Assembly: GCA_004431415.1 (NCBI GenBank)
Contig: QPMI01000432.1
Coordinates: 186,001-250,000 of the forward strand
Direction of reading: 5' to 3'
DNA: 64,000 nt
Source: Cyanophora paradoxa CCMP329
Lineage: Eukaryota > Plantae > Glaucophyta
Position 1 is the first letter of the stretch, and each line of letters opens with the position of its first letter. Below the pieces are notes generated by a model. It did no database searches. It saw only the letters and a program-made list of their open reading frames with translations, and had not been told where the DNA came from. Below, in pieces: positions 1-12,030 of this stretch. Made by a program: the position numbers and the translations under genes.

Positions 1-595
1 CGCGCCGCACCTCATTGTCGGACACGGGCACGGACTCGTGCACAAGGTTTCCGATGATGTCGACCTTGGCGTCAACCGCCTTGCGGACCTCCTCCTCCGC
101 CTCCTCCGCCTTCTTGATCTGCTCGTCGAGCGCCTTCGTCTCGGAGATGAGGTCGTCCGCGGGCTGGCCGGCCTGCACAGAAAGAAAACCAAAGTCAGGC
201 GCGTGCTTTCGCACGGCACGCAGACCGCGGCTGCAGCGGCGGCGGACCTTCTTGCGCTCAGCGACCTGCTTGCTGATCTTTCCGAGCTCCTTGCGCAGGT
301 TGTCAGCAACGAAGCGAGCTGCGCGAGAAGAAAGGACGCAATGAGACGACTGCACGCCAGTAAGAGCCGGGGCGTGGCCGCGCGCTCGTCCGGCCGCCAC
401 ATGATCACGGATGGCGCGGCGCGGAGGCGAGCCGCGCGGCCCTCCGGCGCAGAGCTGCTCACCCTGGCGCCACTTCTGATCCAGCTCGATGACTTCGTCG
501 ACGTGCTCGACCGGCTTGAAACGCCGGCGCTGCGACTCCCGAACGAGGTCGGGGTTGCCGCCCTTCTCTGGCCGGAAGAGGTTGATGTCGAGCAT
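1..595 (-). CDS. SARS: Cytosolic seryl-tRNA synthetase, 5' part (3 exons visible, continues off window)
   Basis: Spliced translation [44 protein letters not shown]|[24 protein letters not shown]|AGQPADDLI...[16 protein letters not shown] is the typical eukaryotic cytosolic SerRS N-terminal arm; GT-AG introns. Confidence 0.95.
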   Translation of the reverse strand, partial: MLDINLFRPEKGGNPDLVRESQRRRFKPVEHVDEVIELDQKWRQGEQLCAGGPRGSPPRRAIRDHVAAGRARGHAPALTGVQSSHCVLSSRAARFVADNLRKELGKISKQVAERKKVRRRCSRGLRAVRKHAPDFGFLSVQAGQPADDLISETKALDEQIKKAEEAEEEVRKAVDAKVDIIGNLVHESVPVSDNEVRR

Positions 596-728
596 TCTTC
601 CTGTGCGAAGAGAGGCTGCGCTCCTTCGACGAACCCGAACTGAGGGGGGATACCGGTTAACGACGAGTCTTGGCTTCCTGAGCTCCCCGAGCGCCTGCTC
701 TCTTGAGATCGGCTGGAGTTCGCGTTCC

Positions 729-1959
729 ATGCTGCGCCGCGGCGAGCGGCTCGTCTACGACCCGCTGAAGGTGCGGCCGACGCCGCAGCGCGTCGCGCGC
801 CCTCATCCGCCCGCACAGGCCGGCAGCATCGATGGCACGGACACAACGCCGCACGACCGCGCCATTGTGCGGGCGATGAACGTGTACTGTGAGTTCGGGC
901 CGCCCGGCGACCTCGCGCAGCGAACTGAGCGCTGCCCCCGCCCGGCCTGCAGACGACCCGGCCCGGGACTCGAAGATAGAGGGCGACCCTTACAACACGC
1001 TCTTCGTCGCGCGGCTGGACCGGAGCGCGACGACGGAGGAGACGCTCCATGAGGCGTTCTCCAAGTTCGGGCCCATCAAGCGCATCAGGCTCGTCCGCCA
1101 CATCAGTGCGCTCCGCTGCGTTCGCACACACACACGTCGTTTCCTCGGCGCACAAATTTGCGGCGGCAGAGACGGGCGAGTCGCGTGGCTACGCGTTCGT
1201 CGAGTTCGAAAACGAGCGGGCTGCGCGCGCGGCGTACAGGGTGCGCGGGGCCCAGCGCCCCCCTCCCCCTCCCATTCTGAATTCAAAGCCGGCGCAGGAG
1301 GCGAATCGTATGGTCGTGGACGGGCGCCAGATCCTCGTCGACATCGAGCGCGAGCGCGTCAGCGACGGCTGGGTGCCCCGCCGCCTCGGTACCCCCCTGC
1401 CCCTCTACCCGCCCCCGCCCTCGGCTCTGCGTTCGGCGCCCGAGCGGTCGGCGCGCAGGGGGCGGCCTCGGGGGAAAGAAGGAGTCCGGGCAGCTCCGCT
1501 TCGGGGGGCGCGACAGGCCCTTCAAGACGCCCCTGTGCGCCCCGACCCGACGCCTGGGTACGCTTTTGACGAGGCTCCCCGCGCAGGCGGCCCCAGGCGC
1601 AGGCGGGCGCGCAGGGGCCGCGCCCCCCCGCCACGCCCTCTCGCGGCGGCGGGCGGGAGGATGGGTACGAGGATAGGAGGCGGGAGGGCGACGGTAGGCG
1701 GCGGGAGGGCGAGTTCAGGCGGCAGGAGGGCGACGGGGGGCGGAGGAGGGACGAGGAGGGGTACGGGAGGAGGAGAGAGGACGGCTGGCGGCACGGCGAC
1801 GACCGGAGGCGGCGGAGCCGGAGCCCCGGGGGGGACCGCCGGGGCGGGTACGAGGACCACGGGGGCAAGCGGGCCCGGGGGGAGGGGGACGGCTCGCAGA
1901 AGAGGGAGCGGCACGACGACCGCGACGGGGGCGGAGGCGGCGGCCGCGGGCCCCCGTAG
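729..1959 (+). CDS. SNRNP35: U11/U12 snRNP 35 kDa protein (RRM + RG/RD-rich tail), spliced
   Basis: YDPLK|[43 protein letters not shown] (RNP1) and GWVPRRLG|[21 protein letters not shown]; the first and last motifs separate it from U1-70K. Confidence 0.93.
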
Positions 1960-2544
1960 CCGGCCGGGCGTCGTCGGCCTGGGAGCCTTTCGTTTAGCTA
2001 GGGAGCTAGACACAGCTCGTAGAGCTGTACATTTAGTGCCGTACATAGTGTCACAGTGTACTCGTTGACGCGGGACCCAGACTTGGCTTGGCCGCCGCTG
2101 AGCTCGCGATCGAGGCCCGGCCCGGCGGCGGCCAGAGGCCGCCGCGGCCGGCCAGCCTGCAGCTGGAAGGCGCATGGCCGCGGGCCAGCCATGGGCCAAC
2201 AGTTCGAACCCCGCGAGGCCGCCGGGTTCGGCGCAAATGCAAGGAAAGGCCTGATGTCGACAGTCCGAAGTTACGGTGCAGGGGGCCGCCTTCAGAGTCC
2301 AGACAGGAATCACTGAATACTTGAATTGCAAAACAGCAACGAGCTACGGCTAAGTGCTAAGGATCGACATGCATCACAGTCTGAAGAAACGTCTGAGCTT
2401 CAAAGGTGCTTGAAAGGTAAAAGGCCTGACTGCAATGGTACAGCGAGCGCTCCTCTGGTGGGGGGCGCCCAAGGCGGGCGAGCGAGCGAGCGGGCAAGAC
2501 GAAGAAGAAGAAATGAAGGAAGGAAGAGGAAGGGGCGCAGCAGC

Positions 2545-5215
2545 CTACGCGAGGGCCGGGGCGGCGGGGGGCGCGGCGTGGCCGGGGCGCGTCTCGAGGG
2601 ACTCGATGAGGACGTCGCCATCCATCTCCTCGGGCAGCTCCATGCCCATGAGGGCCAGCACGGTCGGCGCGATGTCGCCCAGCTTGCCGAGCTTGATCAG
2701 CTTCTCGCCCTCCGCGCCGCGCCCGACCCAGATCAGGTCCACGGGGTGCATCGAGTGCGACGTCTTCGTGATGCCCGTCTCGTAGTCGATCATCTAAGGG
2801 GGGGAGAGCTCGCGTGAGAAACTGAGGACTCAGACGCGGAGCTCATATGAACCTGGTCCGAGTTGCCGTGGTCGGCGGTGATGAGGACGTGCCCGTCGAT
2901 CTCGAGCATGCGGTCCACGACCTGGCCGCAGCTCAGAAATCTTCTTCAAAACAAGTGACTCTTTCGTTGCCAATCTACTCGAATCCCGAGCGAGTGCCCC
3001 GCGCACCTTGCCCACGCACTCATCGACGACCTCGCAGGCGCGCTTGGCGGCCTCGAAGACGCCCGTGTGCCCCACCATGTCCGCGTTCGCGTAGTTCACC
3101 GCCACAAAGTCGTAGCGGTCCGGGTTCTCAAGGCGCCGCAGCAGCTGCGGGGCGCCCGGAGTGAGTTGGGGTGGTTAGAAGGGGGGTACGGCATCGTTGG
3201 GAGGGAGGAAAGGGGGACAGGGTACGGCACCTCCTCGGTGACGAGGTAGGCCTCCATCTCGGGGTTCTGGGCGTACGTGTCCGGCTCGAAGCGCCCCTTG
3301 AGCTCCACCTGGTCCTCGCCGGGGTACGGCGTCGTCGACTTGCCGTTGAAGAACGAGGTCACGTGGCGGAACTTCTGCGTCTCCGCGATGCGCAGCTGCG
3401 GGGGTACAACGTACGCGCGTTAGCCGGCGGGGTACGCGAACGCAAGCAACGCCGGGGCTCGCCTGCTTGAGGCCGGCCTTGGAGATGACCTCGCCGAGGA
3501 GGTTGGAGAGGGCGCCGCCGTCGTCCATGGCGCCGATGAGGTAGTCCTCGAACTCGTCGTAGTAGCGCGTCAGGCCCAGGAACTGGACGACCGGCCAGCG
3601 CTTGCGCTCGCCCTTGTAGTCGTCCTCCACGAACGCCATCGTGAGCTGGATCGCCCGGTCCTGGCGGTAGTTGCAGTGCACGACGCAGTCGCCATCCTGG
3701 ACGCCCTGCGCCAGGAGGGTCGAAAAGAGGGCAACGGGGCGGGGAGGGAGGCGCGGGAGGGGTACCGCGTAGTCGCCGATGACGGTCGGGGGGACGTACT
3801 CGTCCGTGTGCGACGTGTCGGGGCCCGCGTTGTACCACTCGTCGACCTGCGGAGGCCGCCCCGTGTCGGAAAAGAGGAGGGAAAAGGAAGGAAGGAAGAG
3901 GAAGGAAAGGAAGGCGCACGGCCTCGTCAATGGTGGCGGCCTTCTTGCCCTCGCCGTCCACGATGCAGTTGTAGGCCTGGTCAGTGATCGCCCAGTTCTT
4001 GGAGCGGTCCATGCCGTAGTAGCGGCCCATGGCGGTGCCCACCACGCAGCCCCCCACCTCCTCCATAACCTGCGAGCCGCCGCGGCGTGAGCCCGGCGGG
4101 CGCTGGGGCCGCGGGGAGCTGCGTGCCTTCTTCAGCTTCGCGATGTACTCCTTGGTCGAGCGCGGCGGCGTGTCGCGGCCGTCCAGGAAGGGGTGGATGA
4201 CGATCTTGCCGTCCGGGCGCTCGTCGCGCAGCCGGCGCATGATCTTGAACAGGTGCTCCTGGTGCGCGTGCACGCCCTCGTCCTACTCACGCGGCAGGCC
4301 CGCGTCAGCACGGCGGACGCGGCGGCGGCGGCCCGCGGCCGGAGGGCGGTGCGCTCGCCTGCAGCAGGCAGAAGAGATGGAAGCTTGAGTCCGCGCGGCT
4401 CTTCCAGCCGGCGACGGTCGCCTGCCAGGCCTCCGACTTCCAGAGCTCGCCGGTTGCCATCGCGTCGTCGATGCGCTTGAGCTCCTGGGTCACGACGCGG
4501 CCGGCGCCGATGTTCAGATGTCCAGCCTCGGACGAGCCTGCCCACCGGAAGCGCTCAGCGGCCGCAGGCGCCGTCACCGCGCGAAGGGACAGGCGGACCC
4601 TGGTAGCCCGGCGGGAGCCCAACGGCTTCGCCGCAGGTCTCAACGAGCGTCCACGGGTACTTCTCCTTGTAGGAGTCGGCGTTGGGGGTGTTCGCGGCGT
4701 GCACGGCGTTCATCTTGGGGTTCGGGTTGGCGCCCCAGCCGTCGCGAATGATCAGGCAGACCGGGCGCGGCTACAGAAACGTCGGTGGGGTCAGTCACGC
4801 CGTCCCAGATGGCGCACAGAAGGAGCATCAGCTCACCCGCGTCGGATCGCGGCCACCGGCGCCAGTCCCAGAAGTCCACTTCGGCTTCGCGCCGCTCTTG
4901 CCATTCTTCGCGTTGGCGCCGTTGCCGTTCACAGCCTCGCAAACAGCAAGGAAGTGGCGGCCGATCCTGGCCGCGCATACGTCAGGGCCGACGGCGGGGG
5001 GAACGCCCTCTCAGCCAGGAAACGCACTTCGAATCTTTGGTGAACAGGCCGGCCCTGGCAAAGCGTCCGCCGAGGAACTCGCTCTCAGCCGCCGCAACAC
5101 GGCAAGCCGGGCGAGCTGCGGAATCCACAGACAAAGGGGCAGGACCGACGGCACGGCCGCGAGAGGACGCGCTGATCGCGCCCACGAAGGCGTTGGCTGA
5201 GGACGACAGCTGCAT
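2545..5215 (-). CDS. gpmI: 2,3-bisphosphoglycerate-independent phosphoglycerate mutase with putative plastid transit peptide, multi-exon
   Basis: [95 protein letters not shown]-terminal extension [20 protein letters not shown]. Confidence 0.95.
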
Positions 5216-5797
5216 GCTGAAAGCTAAGAAGTGCCGATCGAAACCGGATTTAAAGCGCTCCTGGCCTGCAGACGCGCTGGTCTGGACTGTAGTTGCTCGG
5301 TCGGGATGTGCAGATCGCGCTGAGCACGAATGCCGATGCACCCGAAGGTCTAGAAATTGCGGCGCTCGACCGGTCAGCGAGAACGCGAAGCGCCTACCGG
5401 CCTAAAGTGCGTGTACCCCGACGGGCGCATTGCTTTGCAATAACGCGCTCATATTGCTCACGTGCCACCCCTTCAAGCAACGCCAGTCTTCCCCACCCGT
5501 CTGCCTGCCCCGCTCAAGCTCCCCCCTCGCCCCCCGCCGCCGAAAGTTCGCGTGCGTACGCGAAGCGCACGGGCGCCACGCCGGCATTTTTACGGGGCGG
5601 GGGAAGGCATATTTAGTTATTAGGATCACTTAACCGGTTCTACTCGTTCGCGACACCCCAGCAACACCCCACCAGCCGGAGTCAGCAGTGGTCAGGCGCG
5701 TAGGCGGTCCGCACGCGCGCTCCCAGCCGCGCCGCTCAATCCGCATGGTGTACTTTTCGTCCCACACGCGAATAAAATGGCTAGGCGGCGCGCGACC

Positions 5798-7394
5798 TCA
5801 TGCGCGCTTGGGCCGGCCGCGCCCGCCGGCGCCCTCGTCGGGCTCCTCCTCCCCCTCCTCCTCCTCCTCGCTTGCGCTGCCCTCGTCGTCCGTCGAGCTC
5901 ACCGCCTCCAGAAGCTCTCTGCGCACAGCCGTTCAGGTTGCGGCGCGCGCGCAGCTGCTGCTGCTGTGTGGGGCCGGGTCGGGCGGGGCGCGCCGCATGA
6001 GGCGCTCCTGCTCCTCGGGGGAGGAGGCGCCCCGCGCGGCGGCCTCGGCGACGGCCGCGAGCGAGGGCGAGTCGGCCTCGGCGCCCGCCATCGCCCGCAC
6101 CGCCTCCTCCGGCATGATAGCCGCCTCCAGCAGCGCCGCCGCCTGTCGACGTCCGGGCGGGTGGGTGTGTCGGTCGACCCGAGCCGCACGCGCCCCGCCG
6201 GGCCGCGCAGACGAAGGACTAGGATTAAGCACGCGCGCGAAGGACGTACCTCGGCAACCGCCGAAAGCGCCTCCCGAGCGGCGTCCTCCAGCGCCTCCTC
6301 CTGTCCGGACGTCCTGATTGAAAAACAGTGAGGAGGAGTTCAAATTAAGCGAATAAGCAAAAGAGCTCAAGCGCCGGAAGCACCGGAGCGAGGCGACGCA
6401 GGCGGCGAGGCAGCGGTACATGCTCCCCGCGGCGCCCATGACGCGCCCGAAGCTCTCGCCCCGCTCCGCCGCCTCCGCAGCGCCGCCCTTCCCCTGCGAC
6501 TTCCGCCGCCGCCCCGCCGACCGCGCGGTCGAGCGCTTCTCGAGCCAGAAGACAACTGCGCGGCGGAGGCGTATCGACTCAGTGAAGTTGGGATGCGGCG
6601 GCGGGCCGGGTGGCGGTGGCGAGCGCGCCGATGGCAGCCAGGCCGATCACGATGACGCCCGGCACGCGCAGGAGGCTGCGGGGCGGGGCGCGGGTCAACG
6701 GCGGCTGCCAGCTGCGTGCGCGCCGCGCGGACGCGGGCGGCGGGCCTGGAGACGAGAGTTGAGACAAGTGCGAGGGCGAGAACGAAGAGTGATCTGCCGA
6801 AGCGCGAAGCGTGAGGAACCCGGGGGGGACTGGGTACGGCCCGGTGATTCGAGGGCCACCTGTGCATGCCGAGTATCTTCCCCTTCTTCGCCGCCGCTGC
6901 GCTTTCGCTCCCGGAGCTCGAAGGCAGGGACATCGAGCTCCTTAGGTCCTTGGCGCCCTCCGCCTGCGCGCTCGCCGCCTCCTGCGCCGCCTCCTCCGCT
7001 CGCCGCGCCTCTTTCGCTATCCTCTCCAGCAGGCCCGCCGGTCGCGCCGAGCCCCCGAGCAGCGTCCGCAGCAGCATGTGCACCCGGCTGGCCTGCCCGC
7101 CGCTTAGCTACGACGTCCCGCTTAGCTGGCGGGGCCGGTTAGCTCACCCCCTCGAGAGCGCTGTCGTAGCTCCTCGCCGTGCCGTATCCGTCGCGCCTGT
7201 CGAGCGCGGCCTTGTCGTGGATCAGGAAACGCCGCGTCTCCCCTTCCAACTTGACGAGGTGCTCTAGTTCGTCGTCACAGGAGATAAGCCTGCACATGCA
7301 CGCACGATCGGCCATTCGCCTGTAATGACACAGACGGGACGTACCTCTCCAGCTCGGCCGCCGACTGCGCGAGTTCTGCCCATTGATCGGCCAT
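5798..7394 (-). CDS. Hypothetical protein with possible transmembrane segments, spliced
   Basis: In-frame exons MADQWAELAQSAAELER|APRQVGRETRRFLIHDK...|ASRVHMLLRTLLGG..., hydrophobic stretches SLFVLALALVSTLV and VIVIGLAAIGALA, acidic tail ending in TGA at 5798; no family recognised. Confidence 0.55.
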
Positions 7395-7846
7395 CCCTCC
7401 GCGCACGCCGTGTGTGACCGCCGCGACGGCGCGACGGGCGTGACGGGCGCTTTCTCAAGCTATCTATACGCTACGAAAGCTAGCGATCCGCGCTGGAGTC
7501 GCGTCCGCCTGAAACCAAATTCCCTATTGGTGTCGCTCGGCTCGTGGGCTCTCTCTCTCTCTTTCTCTCGCTGGGCTGTGCACGCCGCCAAGCTGCAGTT
7601 TCCTCGCTTTGCTCTTTCGCCTCTGTTCTCGTGGCTCGAGGGGGGAACAATTCCGGGGTCCGCATTTCCGAGGTGCCAGCAGACGGCCCAGCCTGGCAGG
7701 CGCCAGTGCCCAGCTGCAGTGCAGGCCCAGGGGCCAATTGCAGTGATTGGCCGACAGGTGCCAAGATCTGGGCCCGGCGGCCTGACTTATTAAGCTGCCT
7801 ACTTCTAGACAAGCCTCGGAGGCGTCGACAGCAATCAGATATCGAT

Positions 7847-9022
7847 CTAGAAGTCCTTGTTGCGGAAGCTGCGCGCGTGGAGCTGGCGGCGTCAGCGAGA
7901 TCCGAGCGCGGGCACAAGGTCTTATAATTAGAGATTAGATCTAGAGATTAAATTGGGCACCTTGAGAAGTTGGCGCGGTTGGAGCGGGTGGGCCCCTTCT
8001 TCGCCTCCGCCTTCTCCCGCGCCCGCCGCTCGCGCTCCGTCGCCCGCGCCCGCCGCTCCTCCTCCTCCGAGCTTCCCCCCAGCTCCAGCCGCGCCTCGTA
8101 CTCCCGCACCTGCCAAAGCACTCAGGAGGGGGAGCTTAGGGGAGAGTTCTTAGCAGGAGTGGCCCTAGATAAGATAAGAGATAAGATAAGAGAAGCTATG
8201 GAGGGCGTCTGCTCGTTGAGCGGGGCGCACGAGGGCGTCGGCGTCGGCGGCGCCGAGGACGTCCATCTTGCCCTTCTGGACGCGGTAGAGCAGCGCCCCG
8301 GGGCCCGGGCCCCCCGGGCAGGCCTCCTCGTGCCCGCAGGAGCACTCCAGCGGGCCCGCGCTCGCCCGCCCCAGCTGAGAAGAGCGCGATCAGAATCGTC
8401 AGAAATGAAAGTGAAGGGAAGGGGAGTGGGGGGGGAGGACCTTTGCGCCGCAGCCGTCGCCGGCGCACAGGAGCCTCGCGTCGACCGTCGGGTCCCCGTC
8501 CTGCACACGTACCCCATCAGGGGACGGGCGGGCGAGGGGGGTACCGGGTGGCGCACAACGGCGAAGGCGGAGCGGGGGTCGGAGGCGAGGAACCAGGACT
8601 GGCAGTGCTCGCGCTCCCTCAGGCCCGCCGGCGGCACGTGCCGAATCACGTCCCCCTCCCCGAACAGCACCTGGGGGGGGGGTATTAAGATGGGGGGTGC
8701 GAAAGAGCGAAGAAATGCTCGTGTACCCGGCGGCAGTTCTTGCAGGCGTACGCGACGCCGGCCTCGCCCTCCGCGGGGCCCTTGCCCGCCCCCTCCTTCC
8801 GCTCCGCCAGCGCCTGCCCGGGCGGCGTCAGTCAGCGGGGGGTACAGGAAAGAAGAGAGGGCGGGGGTACGGCGCGGGCGGACGGACCCGGCGGCGGGCG
8901 GCGGCGACGCGGGCGGCGCGGGCCTCATCGGGCTCCTCCCCGTCGCTGCTCCCAGCCGACCCGGCCTCCTCCAAGGCCCGGAAGCTAATGCCGCCCCTGA
9001 GCAGCACCAAATCAGAAACATT

Positions 9023-9057
<35 letters not shown>

Positions 9058-11704
9058 GGGTCAAAGCTGGCTCACCGCGCGCCAGCGTGCTCTACTTCCT
9101 CCTCATCTTCGTCCTCGTCCTCGCTGCTCCGCGGCGCCGGGGCCGCGGCCGCGGCCGGGGCCGGCGGTTGCCTCTCCCCGCGCGAGCGGCGCCTGTTCTT
9201 TGAGGTTTGCCCCCGTCCAACGCGAGTGGCCGGCCCATCGCACCGCGTCGGCTGCTCCTCCTCTGCCTCTTCTGCGCCGTCCGCCGCCGCCTTGCCGCCC
9301 TTGCCTTTCCTGCGCGCCGGGCTCGCTTCCGCTTCCAAGCACAGCCTTGAAAAAAAGAAGAGAGCGGAAGCGCCGGCGAACCTCGGGGCGTCGCCCTCGC
9401 CGTGCCCGTCCTTCCCGCCGCCGCCCTTCTTGCCCGCGCCTGCGGCCGGCTTGCCCCCCTTGCCCTTCGCCGCCGCCGCCACCTGCTCTTCCTCTTCAGA
9501 GCTGTCGTGTCCGCGGTGCCCCTTCCGATGCCGCGCCTTGGACCGCCCTCCCGCATCCTCCTCCTCCTCCGCCTTCGCGCCGCCGTGCTTGCCCTTCTTG
9601 CCGTGCTTGCCCTTGCCGCCCGCGTCCTCCTCTTCCTCCTCCACCTTGCCGCCGCCGTGCTTCCCCTTTTTGCCGTGCTTGCTCTTGCCTCCCGCCTCCT
9701 CCTCCTCTTCCTCGTCCGCCTTGCCTTTGCCCTTCTTGCCGCCCTGCTTGCCCTTGGCTTTGTGCCCGTCCTCCTGCTCCTCCTTGTCCCCGTCCGCCGC
9801 GCCGCTCTTGGCCCGGGCCTTGCCCCCGCGCGCCCCGGGCTCCTCCCCGTCGGCTGGCTTGCCCGGCGCCGTCGCCGCCGCCGCCGCCGCTTCCGAGCCC
9901 TTGCCGTCCCGCGGCTTCGTCGGGGGCGCGTGCCCGTGGGCCAGCGCTTCCGCCGCCGCCGCCTCCGCCTCCTCCTTCGCCTTCGCCTCCTCTGCCGCCG
10001 CTGCGAAACGACAGCGCGTCGCGGCTAAGAGAAGGAAGGCCGCGCGCGCCCCCTCGCCCCGGGCAGCGCACCGTGCTCGGCGGGCGTCAGGAGCTGGAAG
10101 AAGGCTCTGGAGGCGTCCCGCAGCTGCGCCTCGAGCTCCGCGGGGGCCTTGCCCAGCGCCCCCGCCACCGCCTCGACGATGTACGGGAGGTTCGACGGCT
10201 CGTTCTTCGCCTCCCGCATGTACGCATCCGGTATGCTCTGCGGCGTCCCCAGCGGCGCGTTCGACGCCACCAGCACCCGCTCGGCCGGGTACGACGCGAT
10301 GGCCGCCCGGATCGCCTCGCCGGCCGCCGTCGGGTCGCAGACCGCCCCCGTCATCACCACGTGCGCGCCCCGCTCTGCACGCGCCAAAGTCAGATGGATA
10401 GAGGTACATGCGAGCCTTAGCTTAAGTGTTAGCTTTCGCTTTAGATTAGACTTCAGCTTCAGCTTTGGATTTCTTTAGCTTGGAAGAGCGGGGCGCGCGC
10501 GCCGGCGAGGAGGGCGGCCTCGGAGGCGTCCCCGCGGAAGTCGAAGAAGGCGATGTTGGGAGGAGGCGCCGCGCCCGCCCCCGCCGCCTGCATGAGACGC
10601 TCAGCAGGAGAGGCTGAGCCGGGGGGGTAGTCCATCACCTCGTCCAGGAGCTCGCAGGCGCGGCCTAGGGCGCCCGGCCCCACCGCGTGCACGATCGCCG
10701 GCAGCAGCACCTCGCCGGCCAGGCGGATCTGCACCCGCCCCGGCTCGACCCGGGCCGGTCCTGGGGGGATGGGCGGGGCGGGGAGGGGGGTACTTGGGCG
10801 TCGAAGAGGCGCTCCTGAGCGTACTTGGTGGAGGAGTCGCGCGAGAAGTCGAGCCCGCACACGAGCGCCACCGCCTCCGAGCGCCGCACGAGCTGCGCGG
10901 GCGCCGCCTTCAGCCCCAAGCCGAGGGAATCCTCGAGGGGGCCCCAGGCCGGGCCGGGCCGGGCGCGCGTGCCTCCTGGAGCTTCTCCATGCGCTGCTCG
11001 GTCAGCTTGTCGTTCGTGCGCTTCACGGCGTCCGGGTGGATTCCCACGGCGCAGTAGAGCTGCCCGGCGTTTTGCTTCGCCCTGCGCGAGCCAGGCCGGC
11101 CGCGTCAGACGCGGGCCCGGAGCGAAGAGGAGAGCGCCGGCGGGCGGGTCGCACAGCGTCATCTGCTCCTCGAGCTTGTCGAAGTCCGTCGTGCTGCGGC
11201 GGGGCGCGCGTCGGGCGGGCCAGGCCGCCGCTCGATCAGAGCTTCGCCGGGAAGCACCTCAACACGATCGCCTCGACGCCGCTGCTCCGAGCGCGGTTCA
11301 AGATCTTGAGCTGGTCGTTCTCGAATGCCCGGTTCAGGAGGTTGCAGGCGCAGTCTGCGCGGCGTCTCAGGACGAGCGCCGGGAATGCGCGGCCCGATCG
11401 GGCGGGGCGCATGCGTACCGACAAGAGCGCGCCCTCGCTCCAGCACAAGAAGAGGCGGCGGCGCGGGGGACGTCGCGATCTTGGCCACGGCATCGTGCCG
11501 CGCCTTTGTGCGAGCGTCAGCCGGAAGCGGACGCCGACGCTCGACCTTCAGCGCATTTGCACCTGCTTCTTCAGGGCCTCAATGGCCTGCTTGTTCTTCC
11601 GCAGGCTCTGGGCGGAAAGTCAGAACGCGCTCGGACTGTCTTCGCCGCTCCGGCACCTTTCCCTTGCCCTCGCGCCCTCCTCCGCGATCCGGTACGCCGT
11701 ACAT
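7847..11704 (-). CDS. TatD-family pseudo-nuclease + charged linker + YVH1/DUSP12-type zinc-binding domain
   Basis: TatD fold motifs VDCACNLLN, YCAVGIHP, VCGLDFSR, LPAIVH, VLVASNAP, NEPSNLPYIVEAVA. C-terminal YACKNCR..LF..H, CQSWF, LLCAGDGCGAKLG, ECSCG, KGKMD. Last exon gives ...NFS|SFRNKDF*. Confidence 0.85.
9024..9055. repeat. 32-nt G homopolymer in an intron of the TatD-like gene
   Basis: Directly visible run of G; a 24-nt G run also occurs at 62703-62726. Confidence 0.9.
9540..9760 (-). repeat. Coding tandem repeat (approx. GGKGKHGKKGKHGGxKxEEEEEDA, about 3 copies) in the TatD-like linker
   Basis: Repeated Lys/Gly/His block followed by an acidic block in ORF 9072..10409 (-). Confidence 0.8.
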
Positions 11705-12030
11705 GGCCGATCAAATGCAACTTGGCGTAGTACCCGGCTTTTTTACCATGTCAAAGACCGTCGCTCGAATCGCCGTCGGTCCCATTCCTTCTAGGACGTT
11801 GCACAGTTTAGCTGCCGCTCCCCAGCAGGGTTTAGCTAGCACGGGCGACCCGCCAGCATCTCATTCCAAGCGAAATCCGCCGGCATCAGCAGACAGCTCG
11901 ACAACAAGCGGACCGCCGGCGCCGGACAGCGAGCTTGGAGAAGACTGGCCTCTAACGACACAGCAAGTTTGATCTGAGAGAGCCAAACAGATCCCCTCCT
12001 GGAGCGGCGGCAGGAGCAGCACGCGAGCAG

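Noticed and set aside
7970-10420. Very long plus-strand ORF (816 aa) and many similar Arg/Pro/Ala-rich ORFs across the window
   Set aside because: These are shadow ORFs caused by high GC, antisense or off-frame to spliced genes with recognisable motifs.
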